The notes under the pieces were generated by a model that made no database searches, was not told where the DNA came from, and saw only the letters and a program-made list of their open reading frames with translations. From Octopus sinensis (lineage: Eukaryota), in contig NC_043005.1 of the NCBI RefSeq assembly GCF_006345805.1, forward strand, positions 26,784,001 to 26,848,000: a DNA stretch of 64,000 nt, written 5' to 3'. How positions within the stretch are numbered: the first letter of the stretch is position 1; each line of letters begins with the position of its first letter. Positions 51,181 through 64,000 of the stretch are shown piece after piece. The translations under genes were made by a program, and so were the position numbers.

Positions 51181-51845
51181 AAGAGTATGCCACATCGTGT
51201 TTTATAAAATTGATGCTGAATTTCTGTAAATGCATTAGAAGATTCAGGACAAAATAAAAATGTATTTTAAGAAAAATGTCACCAACAATCATCCCCATCG
51301 CCATCAACACCGACACCACCAACAACAACAATAAGGAGAACAATAATAACAACAGCATGCATTAGGATAATAAAAATAATTTCGTTAAAATATAGGTTAG
51401 TAGAGATTTTTGTTCTGAAATTTCAGTAGTATCAGCCAACAGGTATTCATTAATATATTGATTGAACAACGACGGTAAACGTGAGAGGAAAAGGCTTGCT
51501 CCCACGCATACACAAACACAGAAGCACGCATACATGCACACATTCGCACACACACACACGCACACACACCCTAACGCAGACATACACATACATAGTAAAG
51601 TATGCCGACCGAACTGTAGGATCTCTTACACACCTATCGCTACACATCTTCATTAAAATTTTGATTTAGGTGAATGGTATTTTACGAGTTCCCTCCCTTT
51701 TAGCTTTTAGAAATACACTTTCATTTACACTTTAATTTATCTTGGTTCACTGCGTCAAGTCTTATGGCGTTGCTTCGCTTCCCACGCACGCCCTTCTCCA
51801 ATACACACACAAATATGCACGTATATATGTGAATAGAGACACAGG

Positions 51846-51887
<42 letters not shown>

Positions 51888-52237
51888 CATACACAGACAC
51901 ACACATACACACAAACACACACATATACATAGGCGAAAGATACAGGTACGCTTCGAACAAATTTTTCTCTCTTTTATCATCTACTTTGATAAAGAGTTCA
52001 CCCAAAATGTCAGTCTCCTTTTTTTTTATATCTGTCGCTTTTCAGTGTAAATTTCATTGTGCACAGCTTTTCTTGCGTGTGTATGTGTGAGGGAGGGGGG
52101 ATGCGCGCACGTTTACATTAAGTCCATCGTCTTTCGAAGTTTTGTCTGCCTATTGTAGCCTCTCTGACCAACTGCCCGTCTCGTTTCCCTCATTCCGCGT
52201 TATTTTACTTTTATCTGTCTATTTTCGCCCTTAATTA

Positions 52238-53730
52238 CCGTATTTGATGGCCTATATGACGCACGAATACATAGGACGCACCCTAGCTTAGGCTATACTT
52301 TTGTAAAATAAATTACTACTAAAATAATGTTTTAATTCCTCTACTTACCTGTATAACTTTATGTTATTACCTATAATTAAAAACAATTTATTGCATCCAG
52401 ATTCGATATAAACATACCATAGGCCAGTGGTTCCTAAACTTTTTTGAGTCGCGACCCACTATTTATCACACCAGTTTATGACGACCCACTTAACTCTACT
52501 GAGTAAAAACATTAATGAAATTAACAAATTTATTTCAGATTACATCTTCAGTGAGGCCTGTGAGAAGGATGAGCCTGTTTCTTGCTACGCTCAATAATAG
52601 AATTAACATCAGGTTCAATGCGTGATAGTTTCAGGCGTAAAGAATTTGAGAGCTGCAGTTTATTTCGATATTTGCTTTTAATCCCAACCAATGCTGAAAA
52701 TCCAGCTTCACAAATATAAGATGACGTGAAAGGGAGAAGTACTTTTAATGCTTCGGTTTGGTCTTTTCTTCGTTTCGATTCACTGAAGACTCATCGTCAT
52801 CGGCTTCAACTGACTTTTTTTTAACCATTTATCCATAATATGAAGACTGAGTAAATACGAAAAAATCGAATTTAGAAGGACAGATAATTTCGACTTACCG
52901 AGAGATTTGATAGAATTAAAATACAACGTTTGGGATCATGCGAACTTGTACAATTAATGATAAACGTCATTTCAATCGATGTGATGCTATTTAAACCGTT
53001 TATCTGATAGACTCTCTTGATCTATCTACCGTCTAGCTGCTGTCTATTCCAATCATTTCATTGGCTAATTGATAGCCTCCTGGCGATCACTCCTATACTT
53101 TTGAAATAATTTATAAACTTACTAGTGAAATCCATGTCTTATTTATTAAAATTTTTTGCTATTTATATTAAATGTGAAGCAAAACGTTTTATAACTGTTT
53201 CAACGTCTCTATACCCTATGTGTAAATACTAACACTAATACAAAACCTTGAAGCAGTTACTGTTATCGGCTCGATCAGTGTTATACTTCGCCTAGTTAAA
53301 GTTCTCTATAAATAGTTAAAAACAGATCCTTCCTTTTAACGATTACGTACGAATAAATAACTTGAGAAGATGACAACCTCTGATTTGTTAAGTTCGTGAA
53401 AAAGCCTACTGCTTGATAAAACAAGTCTGGTATTGAAAACATAAGTGTTGAACTATCTCGATAGACAGCAGTTAATCAAAGCTAATGCGTAATTTTATAA
53501 CTTTTTGCGACTCACTAAGATTCCGTTCGCGACCCATCTGTGGGTCGCGACTCATAGTTTGGGAACCACTGCCATAGGCAATTGTTCATCAATAGATGGC
53601 AACACACATTTTGTAAACATACATACCGCTTTGAGCGAATTTTGAGCCTACATTAAGTGCATTGGACGAAGGGAGATTTTTAAAGCCATTTTTGGTTTTA
53701 AAAAAAAGTGCGCCTTATAGGCCATCAAAT
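52238..53730. mobile_element. pogo/Tigger-like MITE split by a hAT insertion
   Basis: TA-CCGTATTTGATGGCCTATATGACGCAC versus GTGCGCCTTATAGGCCATCAAAT. The last few nucleotides of the right TIR are lost. Confidence 0.75.
52425..53571 (-). mobile_element. hAT (Charlie/Buster-like) non-autonomous element with perfect 8-bp TSD
   Basis: TSD CCATAGGC (52417-52424, 53572-53579) and TIRs CAGTGGTTCC(T/C)AAAC. It retains the transposase N-terminus MDKWLKK (ATG 52836) and the C-terminal dimerisation segment LLPFTSSYICEAGFS...KSKYRNKL...KQAHPSH (52548-52751). Confidence 0.95.
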
Positions 53731-53916
53731 TTCTTTTATATAGAAATCTACAATATAGGATTTCTTCAATTACAATTTACCTAGCATTTTTAAGAGTAGA
53801 ATGCACCGGGTCGTGCCAGGTCCAGTTTTTAAAATTTCAACCCCAATTAAGCAAAATTTAGAGAAAACTCACATTGTGGTGTGTATGTCAAATGTTTTTC
53901 TTAGTGTGGGTTACAG

Positions 53917-53957
<41 letters not shown>

Positions 53958-54755
53958 AGCGATTTCTATGACTTTCTCTTTGCAAGTTTGCAATGATTAA
54001 AGTGAAACCACTACTAAAAAAAAACACAGCAAACAGAAACAAATAAATACATAACGATTTACTCCTCACACAATTTCTTCAAATAGAGTTTACCCATTAA
54101 TTTTTCAAAGTAATTCCATTGGGTCATGCCATACAAAATTTCTTTCAATTTTACCCCCAATTAAGACAAAATTCGAGAAAACTCAATATTTTAACATTTC
54201 ATTCTGCATATTACTCCCACTTCCTCTTTACACACATAGACACGCAAATATATAAATAAAATTGTAAGCTAACCTGTGTGTGTGTGTGTGTGTGTGCGTG
54301 TGTGTGAGTGTGTGTGTGTGTGTGTGTGCATCTGTGTGTGCGTCTGTGTGTGTGTGAGGGTGCGTGTGTGTCTGTGTGTGTGTGCGTGTGTGTGTGTGAC
54401 AGGTATGAGCAAGTCAAACTGGTCATCCTTTTTGCTAGATCACCTAACATCTAAAGTTATCTCTAAATAGCAGTCGCCCAAAAGTGTATATAGACATACA
54501 CATGTATGTATAATGTGTGTGTATATATTTCCATAGAGGTAACCATTCACTCCATACAAAGTTATTTAGGACGAATTGGACGAATATAAGATCTAAAGTA
54601 TATCCAAGTAGCAGAAAGATCTCCCAAAAGTGTATATAGATATTTAAATGTATTTATATATTCATCTATACACACATGTATGTATAATGTGTGTGTATAT
54701 ATTTCCATAGAGGTAACCATTCACTCCGCACAAAGTTTTTTAGGACGGACGAAAA

Positions 54756-55602
54756 TCTTTATATATAAAAGAAAGGTTGTGTGTCTGTCTACTCCGATTT
54801 AGATTCCTAACTACTCCCACATTTTGCGATGCAGTTTAACCAAAACCGGGTATCTTATAGTCGTGATTCATATCGAGCCCTTCTGGGTATTAGCGCGCGT
54901 CTATGATGAGTCTACGATTTTAAAAATAATTTACCATCATTTTTTTCCATTTTAATGCATATTTTTTTTAATAAAGGGAAGTAACTCTCAAACTTCACAC
55001 CAATATGCGTGCTCATATGCGACGTAATATCACATCAGCAGCATTTCCTCACACCCTCCTTGCACTTGGCGAAGGCAAAATACCAGGGTATGAAAATGGT
55101 AATATTGCCATCGATTCCATTTGTACCATTGTTAAGACGCCTCCTGATCTCAGAGATGCAGTGTTCTCAGATCTACAAGCTAATTATCAGAATATGGATT
55201 GGATTGGCAAAAAGGCTATACTGGCCCCGAGGAATAAAACTGTTCACCATATTAATGATGAAATGCTAAAACTCATTCCTGGGGAAGTCTATGTATATCA
55301 GTCTATCGATACAACTCCTGACCCAGAGGACGTCATCAACTATCCAATAGAGGTACTCAATTCCTTTGAGCACCCTGGACTACCACCACACTTTCTCAAA
55401 CTTAAAGTTGGTGCCCCTACAATGCTCATCAGAAATTTGGTTCCCCCAAAACAATGCAATGGCACACGTTTTATCGTTAAGTCCTTATCTCCCACCGTAA
55501 GCTTATATCAATATTTGCCTGAATAATCATCATAATTCAGTGCAATCATTAAGAGTACTTTCAAGCAATTCAGCCCCGAGCAACGCCGGGCAATTCTGCT
55601 AG
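54756..55602 (+). mobile_element. Non-autonomous Helitron with PIF1-like helicase fragment
   Basis: Inserted between A and T, starting TC and ending CTAG, with a GC-rich subterminal hairpin CCCG..CGGG (about 55575-55590). Confidence 0.9.
55005..55526 (+). pseudogene. RepHel PIF1-type helicase fragment
   Basis: AILAPRN, YPIEVLNS..PGLPPHFLKLKVGAPTMLIRNL, CNGTR. Confidence 0.88.
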
Positions 55603-55605
55603 TAC

Positions 55606-55638
<33 letters not shown>

Positions 55639-56410
55639 ATATATATAAAGCTGAAGTTGTCTGGATATATGTATGTATGTATGTGTGTGTGTGTATACGT
55701 ATGTATGTGTAGAGACCTCTTTTGGCTCCACCTGAGTTTTGTAACTGAATGGGTAAATTTCCCCTTAACTATAGAGCCTTATTGTTCTGTTGAGGAACAA
55801 TGTTGTTTTATTCAACCGATGGCCTTCCCAACATTTGATTGATGTATTTTCCTCTTGACCCATAATCCTTCTAGTTTGTAAAGGGTTTAAATAAATAATA
55901 CAAGGGATCTTTACCCTTTCAACGGCAGATCGAGAAATATATTTTTTGTAACTAAACACTTTCAACCTTCGGACACTAACCCTAACCCTAATGTGTCATA
56001 TAAAACATATTTTACTTTTAATGTTACTCTTGACCGCGGCCATGCTGGAGCATCGCCTTTAATCGAGCAACTCGACTCCGGAACTTATTCTTTTTGTAAG
56101 CCCAGTACTTATTCTATCCTTAGCCAATCATATTGTCTGTTTTCATTTGAAATTATTAGCTGCATAGTGTTAATGTGACGTAGATAGCTATTTTGTGAGT
56201 GGGTAAGCAGTAAGCAAACAGCTGTGGTAGATGTGGTTATCATGGCAGTGGTGGTAGTGGTGACAGTGGATGTGTATGATGGCAGCAATTATAGTGTTGG
56301 TGTTTTTGTAGAGGTGGTGGTGGTGGTGGCGGCAGTGGATGATGATGATAATGATGATAGTAGTAGTAGTAGCATTGATTATGTTAGGATGTCTCATGGA
56401 TGGTAGTGTT

Positions 56411-56451
<41 letters not shown>

Positions 56452-56819
56452 TGTATGGATCAAAACAGTTTGATTCAAATTCTGTGGTTCTTATATATTC
56501 ATACATACATATACATGTAGATGTATATAACATATATATATTGTATGTAAACATCTTTTATATATATGAAACGAACCTGTGAGTGTGAATATATCTTCTC
56601 TTGTACTTTCGGGGTACAAGAGGCAATCACTATCCGTTGCTTTAAAATCCAGATTCTCTACCAGTCAGAAACAACAAGACGCAGACGTAAAAGATATATA
56701 TACTACTTTATTCTCTAATGTGGTAACAGTAACAATAAGTGGTTATCTGGTATCCCTTTGGTATAAATGTGTCAGTGCTGAACCTTATCGCTGTTAAATA
56801 AGAAAGTGTTCAAATGCAA

Positions 56820-57085
56820 AACAACACTGGTCAAAGATGGCGTCCGGAACAGGGAGAAGATGTGGTCTGCAACAATTTGGTTAAAGGCCTTTTGGTAAGG
56901 TGCTGCCTTCAGTCGCTGCTGTCTCAAGTCGCTGCTTGCTGGACGCTGGTGGTCAACGTCTTACGACCCCCTTGCCTCGGCTAACTGCTACGTAGGCAAA
57001 AGGGTTCTTCTTCCGGTGGTGAAAGCACCAACACCGCACGCGCGAAATACAAATGGACGGTGCGCGAGCGCGCGCGTTGTATAGG
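56820..57085. promoter_or_regulatory. CpG-rich promoter or first-exon-like island
   Basis: YY1-like AAGATGGCG (56834-56842), ETS-like CTTCCGG (about 57010), CGCGCG runs, and candidate donors on both strands. Orientation is unresolved. Confidence 0.35.
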
Positions 57086-57087
57086 AT

Positions 57088-57128
<41 letters not shown>

Positions 57129-57198
57129 GTATGCATCTATAATACACACACATTATAAATATATACATATATGCATATGCATTAGAATATGTGGTAAG

Positions 57199-57255
<57 letters not shown>

Positions 57256-57659
57256 TATGTTTGTATACATGTGTGTGTAGCTATTTAGGATCTAGTTAGC
57301 TATTTTAGTTAGCTATTTACATGTTTACGTTAACTACGTCACAAAATAGCTCTTTACGCCACAGTAACAATATCTTGAGAAGCAGTAAATAATATGAGGC
57401 CGAAAGAAAGAATATCATTGGTTAAAATTCGAATTATTAAACAACGTTAAACTTAGAAATTACAATTCCGTTTTCATTTTGGTTTACAATTATGTTTTCT
57501 TTTGACACATTCTACCAGTATACGAAATTTCAAATTGTTTAGTTAACTAGGAAAATCTGGCTTTCAAAAAGAAAAGATCCGATATCTTTTGCCGATCCGC
57601 TAGGTTACGTGATCCAAACAAACCAACACAGCTTTTCAAGTGATGGTTGTGTGTAAACA

Positions 57660-58370
57660 CAAACATACACATACGCACACACACACATACACATACATAC
57701 ACACACGTACACATACATACATAAATACATACATACAAACATACATACATACATACATACATACATACAAACATACATACAAACATACATACATACAAAC
57801 ATACATACATACATACATACAAACATACATACATACATACATACATACACACACGTACACATACATACATACATACATACATACATACATACATACAAAC
57901 ATACATACATACATACATACATACATACATACATACATACATACATACACACACACACATACATACATACATACAAACATACATACAAACATACATACAT
58001 ACATACATACATACATACATACATACAAACATGCATACATACATACATACATACATACAAACATACATACATACATAGATACATACATACATACATACAC
58101 ACACATACATACATACATACATACATACACACACATACATACATACATACAAACATACATACAAACATACATACATACATACATACATACATACATACAA
58201 ACATACATACAAACATGCATACATACATACATACATACAAACATACATACATACATACAAACATACATACATACATACATACACACACACATACATACAT
58301 ACATACATACATACATACATACATACATACATACATACATACATGCATACATACATACATACATACATAC
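57660..58370. repeat. (CATA)n array with CAAA/CACA variants
   Basis: Direct reading. Confidence 0.95.
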
Positions 58371-58664
58371 GACATTCCTTTCATATTATTTTCATCTCGT
58401 TTGTTTCGTTCTCGTTCCTAACAGAACGAAACAAATTTCGTTCGCCGTTGTCTTGAGGATTTTTACCCTGCACCCGAAGAGGCTTCTTTCAGCGAAATAT
58501 TGTCCCAATTTTCTACATTTATCTACATCTATAGTTTACAAACATCTCTATAAAAAAAAAAAAAAAAAAAAACAAGGTGATGTCGATCACATGATAACTG
58601 TTGCTGTAGCAATCATATTGCCATACAAAATGACAATCATATTGCCATACAAATGACACAGATA

Positions 58665-58828
58665 GATGCAAGTGTGGCGGCTGTATGGTAAGAAATCTGC
58701 TTCCCGACAACATTGTCCCGGGTTCAATCCCACTGCACGGCACCTTGGGCAAGTGTCTTCTACTATAGCCTCGGGCTGACCAAAGCCTTGTGAGTTGATT
58801 CGGTAGACGAAAACTGAAAGAAGCCCGC

Positions 58829-58910
<82 letters not shown>

Positions 58911-59145
58911 CATACATACACATATAGTTGTGTGTCTGTGTTTGGCCCCTTACCATAGCTTGTTTGGCCCCTTACCATGTTGTTGTGTTTACGTCCTCGT
59001 TATTAGCCGTTCGGCAAAAAGAAACCGATAGAATAAGTACTTGGCTTACAAAGAATAAGTCCTGGGGTCAAATTGTTCAACTAAAAGGTGGTCCTCCAGC
59101 ATGGCCGCAGTCAAAATGACTGAAACAAGTAAAAGAATAAAATAA
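58665..59145 (+). mobile_element. S2 SINE
   Basis: Full-length with internal (TA)n. Confidence 0.85.
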
Positions 59146-59179
59146 TAAACGCGTGTAACAATCTTTTGAAAAAAGACTT

Positions 59180-59404
59180 ACTCTTTTGCTCTTTTATTTA
59201 TTTCAGTCATTTGACTGCGGCCATGCTGGAGCACCGCCTATTAGTCGAACAATTCGACCCTAGAACTTATTCCTTGTAAGCCTAGTACTTGTTCTATCGG
59301 TCACTTTTGCCGAACCGCTACGTTACTGGGGACGTAAACACACCAGCATCGGTTGTCAAGTGATGTTGGGGGGACAAACACAGGTAAACAAACAAAAATG
59401 TATA

Positions 59405-59496
<92 letters not shown>

Positions 59497-59659
59497 AATA
59501 TGGGCTTCTTTCAGTTTCCGTCTACTAAATCCACCCACAAGCCTTTGGTCGGCCCGAGGCTATAGTAGAAGACACTTGCCCAAGGTGCTACGCACTGGGA
59601 CTGAACCCGGAACAATGTAGTCGGAAAGCAAACCACTTACCACACAGCCACTCCTGCGC
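59180..59659 (-). mobile_element. S2 SINE (tail-to-tail with the previous copy)
   Basis: Full-length with internal (TA)n. Confidence 0.85.
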
Positions 59660-60215
59660 TTTATTCAAAGATTTAACAGTAATATACTGTGGGATGATTT
59701 TTATCAGCCATTCTTATCTCGCAAACGACAATTTGTCTGGTGCCAGTTGAATCATAGCAAAAATCAATAATCGCTAACTGAAATTTTCTTTTATTAATTA
59801 TTTTTCCTTCTTGTCTCGTGACAGTTTCAACATTATGTTACATTGCTTCATCTGGTCTGTATTAAGTATCGATTTTACGATGCTTTGTACGACTCTCAGA
59901 GGATAATCTCTTATAATAATTTGATATAGGGAGTAAATATAATTTGCTGATAAAATAAGAACGAATATCACGCGTCACTTGGCACAGAATGCTTTCCAGA
60001 CCATATTAATCTAGTTTCATGATTTATAGTACATTCGTCTGAGCACGCACACGCACGCACACACACGCACACACACGCACACGCACACGCACACGCACAC
60101 GCGCGCACACACACATACGTATGTATCTCTCTATATGTGTGAGTGTGTGTATGTGCGTACGTATGTGACAGTGGGTGTGTGTATGTATGTATGTATTATT
60201 ATTATTATTATTATT

Positions 60216-60773
60216 GAGTGAGAGAGCAGTGCATGCCATCAAAGTGACACTGGGGTAAAATATATAAAGCCCACTATACCCATCATGACTACCTGTCTGA
60301 TTAGGGTACAACAGGCACATATATCATGACCTTATGTGCACAACATGGTGATCTCATATCAAAATAAACAGCGCATGACCCTGCAGGTGGGGTCCAGTTA
60401 GAATTTTCATCTTTTCGAGTAACCCATCCCGCTCAAAAAGTCCCTGAATAAGGGTTGTTTAAGGATGTTGAACGAACCAGCCATATTTACAGAGGGGAAT
60501 TATTCAAACCCCAAAGAATCCTTCCCAACACATGGATATGATGCTCCCCCAATACTTCTGCCCGTGATCAGAGATGCACATATCGTCAGCCACTAAGGGA
60601 CATGCTCATCTGATTGAGATCAAACAACTGACAAGCAAATCTGTGGTATTGAGCAGAATATTTGCTGTAGCCCATCTTTTATACCAAGAAAAAAAAACAA
60701 TGTACACGATAACAGTTCCAATCCGTTAAGATCAGAAGCCATGAGAGCCACTGTCTGGTACTGCATCAAGGCA
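60216..60773 (-). mobile_element. Family D copy 2 (longest)
   Basis: Flanked by (TTA)n and homologous to 33558-34047. Confidence 0.85.
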
Positions 60774-60808
60774 TTTTATTATTATCATCATTATTATTGT
60801 TATTATTA

Positions 60809-60840
<32 letters not shown>

Positions 60841-61317
60841 GAGTGAGAGAGAAGTGCATGCCATCAAATTGACACTGGGGTAAAATATACGAAGCCCAAT
60901 ATACCCATCATGACTACCCGTCTGATAAAGGTACACCAGGCACATGCATCACAACCATATGTGCGCGGCATGGTGATCTCATATCAAGATAAACAGCACA
61001 TGACCTTGCAGGTGGGGCCCAGTTAGAATTTTCTTCAGGTTGAGTAGCCCATCCCGCTCAAAAGGTCCCTGAATAAGGGTTGTTTAAGGATGTTGAAAGA
61101 ACCACCCATGTTTCCAGAGGTGAATTATTCGAACCCCAAAGAATCCCTCTCAACACATGGCTATGATGCTCCCCCACTACTTCTGCTCGTGATCAGAGAT
61201 GCACATATCGTCAGCCACTAAGGGACATGCTCAACTGGTTACGGTCAAACAACTGACAAGCAAATCTGTGGTATTGAGCAGAATATTTGCTGTAGCCCAT
61301 CTTTTATACCAAGACAA
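60841..61317 (-). mobile_element. Family D copy 3
   Basis: Flanked by (TTA)n and has the same 3' end. Confidence 0.85.
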
Positions 61318-61335
61318 TTATTATTATATTATTAT

Positions 61336-61371
<36 letters not shown>

Positions 61372-61514
61372 AAGTAGAAGTAGTAGTAGAAGTAGTAGTA
61401 GAAGTAGTAGTAGGTCATTGATCGTTAGAAAACACTCACTAGATTCCAGGATTGCTGTACCAAAAAATTCGTATACGGGCACACATATACACGCGCACAA
61501 ACATATACACACAG

Positions 61515-61800
61515 GCAATGGCGGACTGGCCAGGTTGCCAGTTTGCCCGATGGCAAGTGGGCCCCTGCGCCATTAGAATTCATATATGGGGTCACGTGTA
61601 AGTATCTAAGGGACACATCCCCTCAAGTTTGAGAATTTTTTTATTCACTCCTGGAAGAATGCATTAATTATTTCAGCCTGGCTGTGTTTGTAGACAGTTG
61701 AAAAGAATACTTTTAACAAAAAAAAAAAAAAAATGATACCATTGTTTTTGCAGGTAGGCCCCTTGGTAGTTGTGGGTGGGCCCCCTAAGTTTCCTGGCAT
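61515..61800. mobile_element. Possible hAT-like MITE remnant
   Basis: GC-rich GGCGGACTGGCC...GGGCCCC terminus-like motifs. No TSD found. Confidence 0.3.
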
Positions 61801-61889
61801 ACAGGCGTGGGACAAAAACAAGGAAAACGCTATATTTTGTTAATATTACATTGAAAACTGTCCCAGTCTTTTTTTATTTTTCTTTCTTT

Positions 61890-62280
61890 TTTTACTTGTT
61901 TCAGTCATTTGACTGCGGCCATGCTGGAGCACCGCCTTTAGTCGAGCAAATCGACCCCAGGAGTTATTCTTTGTAAGCCCAGTACTTATTCTATCGGTCT
62001 CTTTTGCCGAACCGCTAAGTGACGGGGACGTAAACACACAAGCATCGGTTGTCAAGCAATGCTAGGGGGACAAACACAGACACACAAACACATACATATA
62101 TATATATACATATATACGACAGGCTTCTTTCAGTTTCCGTCTACCAAATCCACTCACAAGGCATTGGTCGGCCCGGGGCTATAGCAGAAGCCACTTGCCC
62201 AAGATGCCACGCAGTGGGACTGAACCCGGAACCATGTGGTTGGTTAGCAAGCTACTTACCACACAGCCACTCCTGCGCCT
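61890..62280 (-). mobile_element. S2 SINE (left arm of head-to-head pair)
   Basis: Full-length. Confidence 0.9.
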
Positions 62281-62347
62281 AGTCTGTATATTTGTGTTCA
62301 CATGCATTATGTACTTCATGATAAAACCTCCTAATTTTTCTGGTTTC

Positions 62348-62735
62348 GCAGAAGTGGCTGTGTGGTAAGTAGCTTGCTAACCAACCACATGGTTCCGGGT
62401 TCAGTCCCACTGCGTGGCATCTTGGGCAAGTGTCTTCTGCTATAGCCCCGGGCCGACCAATGCCTTGTGAGTGGATTTGGTAGACGGAAACCGAAAGAAG
62501 CCTTATATATAAGTGTGTATGTATATGTTTGTGTGTCTGTGTTTGTCCCCTTAGCATTGCTTGACAACCGATGCTGGTGTGTTTACGTCCCCGTCACTTA
62601 GCGGTTCGGCAAAAGAGACCGATAGGATAAGTACTGGGCTTACAAAGAATAAGTACCGGGGTCGATTTGCTCGACTAAAGGCGGTGCTCCAGCATGGCCG
62701 CAGTCAAATGACTGAAACGAGTAAAAGAGTAAAGA
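62348..62735 (+). mobile_element. S2 SINE (right arm of head-to-head pair)
   Basis: Full-length. Confidence 0.9.
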
Positions 62736-63319
62736 GTATCTATATTTAAACAAGTTAAAATGCCCGAAAAGGACAAATTATTGGCTGGCTGGCGCTTCAC
62801 TCACTGAAACCAATGACTCGTTTAATGTTTCGAGAGCTACAGTTTCTAAAGAAGGTGGGTTCGAGTCACGCAGGTCAGGCTGCTTTCCAATTTTTTCCAT
62901 CCGGGAGTTTTTTTAAACTTTATATTATTTATAACTACATCGATATTCACAGTAAAAAAAAAAAAATAGTTTGCGTGCGTATGTGTGTGTGTGTGTGTGC
63001 GCGCGCGCGTACATATGTTCTTCACAGCCAAGCAGCAAAGGCTATTAAATATATATATCAAGCTAAACTTGTAACAAAATAAAAAATCTATACGTTATTT
63101 AAATGCATAAGGACTTCAGTGTTTGCGCGCGCGTGTGTGTACGTGCACACACACGCATATAAGCACAAATGTGCATGTATGCATATATTATACATGGGTA
63201 TTATGTAGGTGTACATGTGTGTTCGTGCGTATACAAATGCATACAAATATATTTATATATATATGTATATATAAATAAATAAATAAATATATATATGTAT
63301 ATAAATATATATATATATG

Positions 63320-63386
<67 letters not shown>

Positions 63387-64000
63387 TATATCTGTGTGTG
63401 CGTAGATATATATATATATTTATTACCATACACACATACATATGGAAAGTGTGCTACAGCCAACAGTAATTGCCATAAATGACGAGAAGGAGAGAGAGGG
63501 GGGGGGCAGACAGACAGACAGACAGACGGACAGACAGGCAAATAGACTGGCAGATGTATATATGTGAAGACAGACAAATTGACATTCTTCTCGACATGGT
63601 GGTCCCGAAAATGTGCTTTTTCATACATTCATACATATACTATTCACAAGTAAAGCTAGCTGTAAAGAACGATGATACATCATAATTTTATGACACTGGC
63701 ACGCATGAGTATCCAAGTGAAATAATACTCTAAAATTACTTCCATACGGTACAAATTTCAACGATATCAAAATACTAATTGATCGCTCAGAGAGTAAATT
63801 TCGTATTTCACACTACTTTGATATAACGGTGGATGACTGCTATTCAACTGGGTTTAATATGCATACACCCTACTATGTACCACTGCCGTTACATTTGTGT
63901 CTTTGATTTACATATGTTTGCTTTTCTTTGGTAACTCGAAGCGAATTTATTTATTTTGCTTTTTATGTATTTCTACATCAAGTAACGAATCTTAATATCT

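Noticed and set aside
55976-55991. CTAACCCTAACCCTAA telomere-like repeat
   Set aside because: It is under three units and lies inside a repeat remnant, too short to call an interstitial telomere.
57547-58656. ORFs of 242-338 aa
   Set aside because: Same (CATA)n artefact.

Overview
This is AT-rich, repeat-dominated eukaryotic DNA. The tRNA-headed SINE families and microsatellite density look like a coleoid cephalopod (Octopus-like), which is an inference from recognising repeats, not a database result. Only one intact host protein-coding ORF is supported: an intronless 470-aa RING-HC plus C-terminal beta-propeller (TRIM-NHL-like) gene at 6921-8333 on the minus strand. Retroelements include a full-length but decayed CR1-group LINE (26308-30918) whose ORF1 combines a Myb/SANT-like domain, polyQ and two CCCH fingers; several R4/Dong-like RLE LINE fragments and a non-coding family, all sitting in (TAA)n microsatellites; RTE-like, Tx1/L1-like and Penelope-like remnants, the last near two hammerhead-ribozyme-like motifs; and two abundant SINE families (called S1 and S2 here) whose 3' ends resemble LINE 3' ends in the same window. 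DNA transposon remnants include mariner, pogo-like MITEs, hAT, Merlin and a Helitron. There is also a 6-kb direct/inverted duplication containing a nested cloverleaf palindrome, and many microsatellites. Most long ORFs in the supplied track are microsatellite artefacts. No CRISPR, rRNA or canonical tRNA is supported. Boundaries were read by eye and may be off by a few to tens of bases unless a TSD or TIR defines them.
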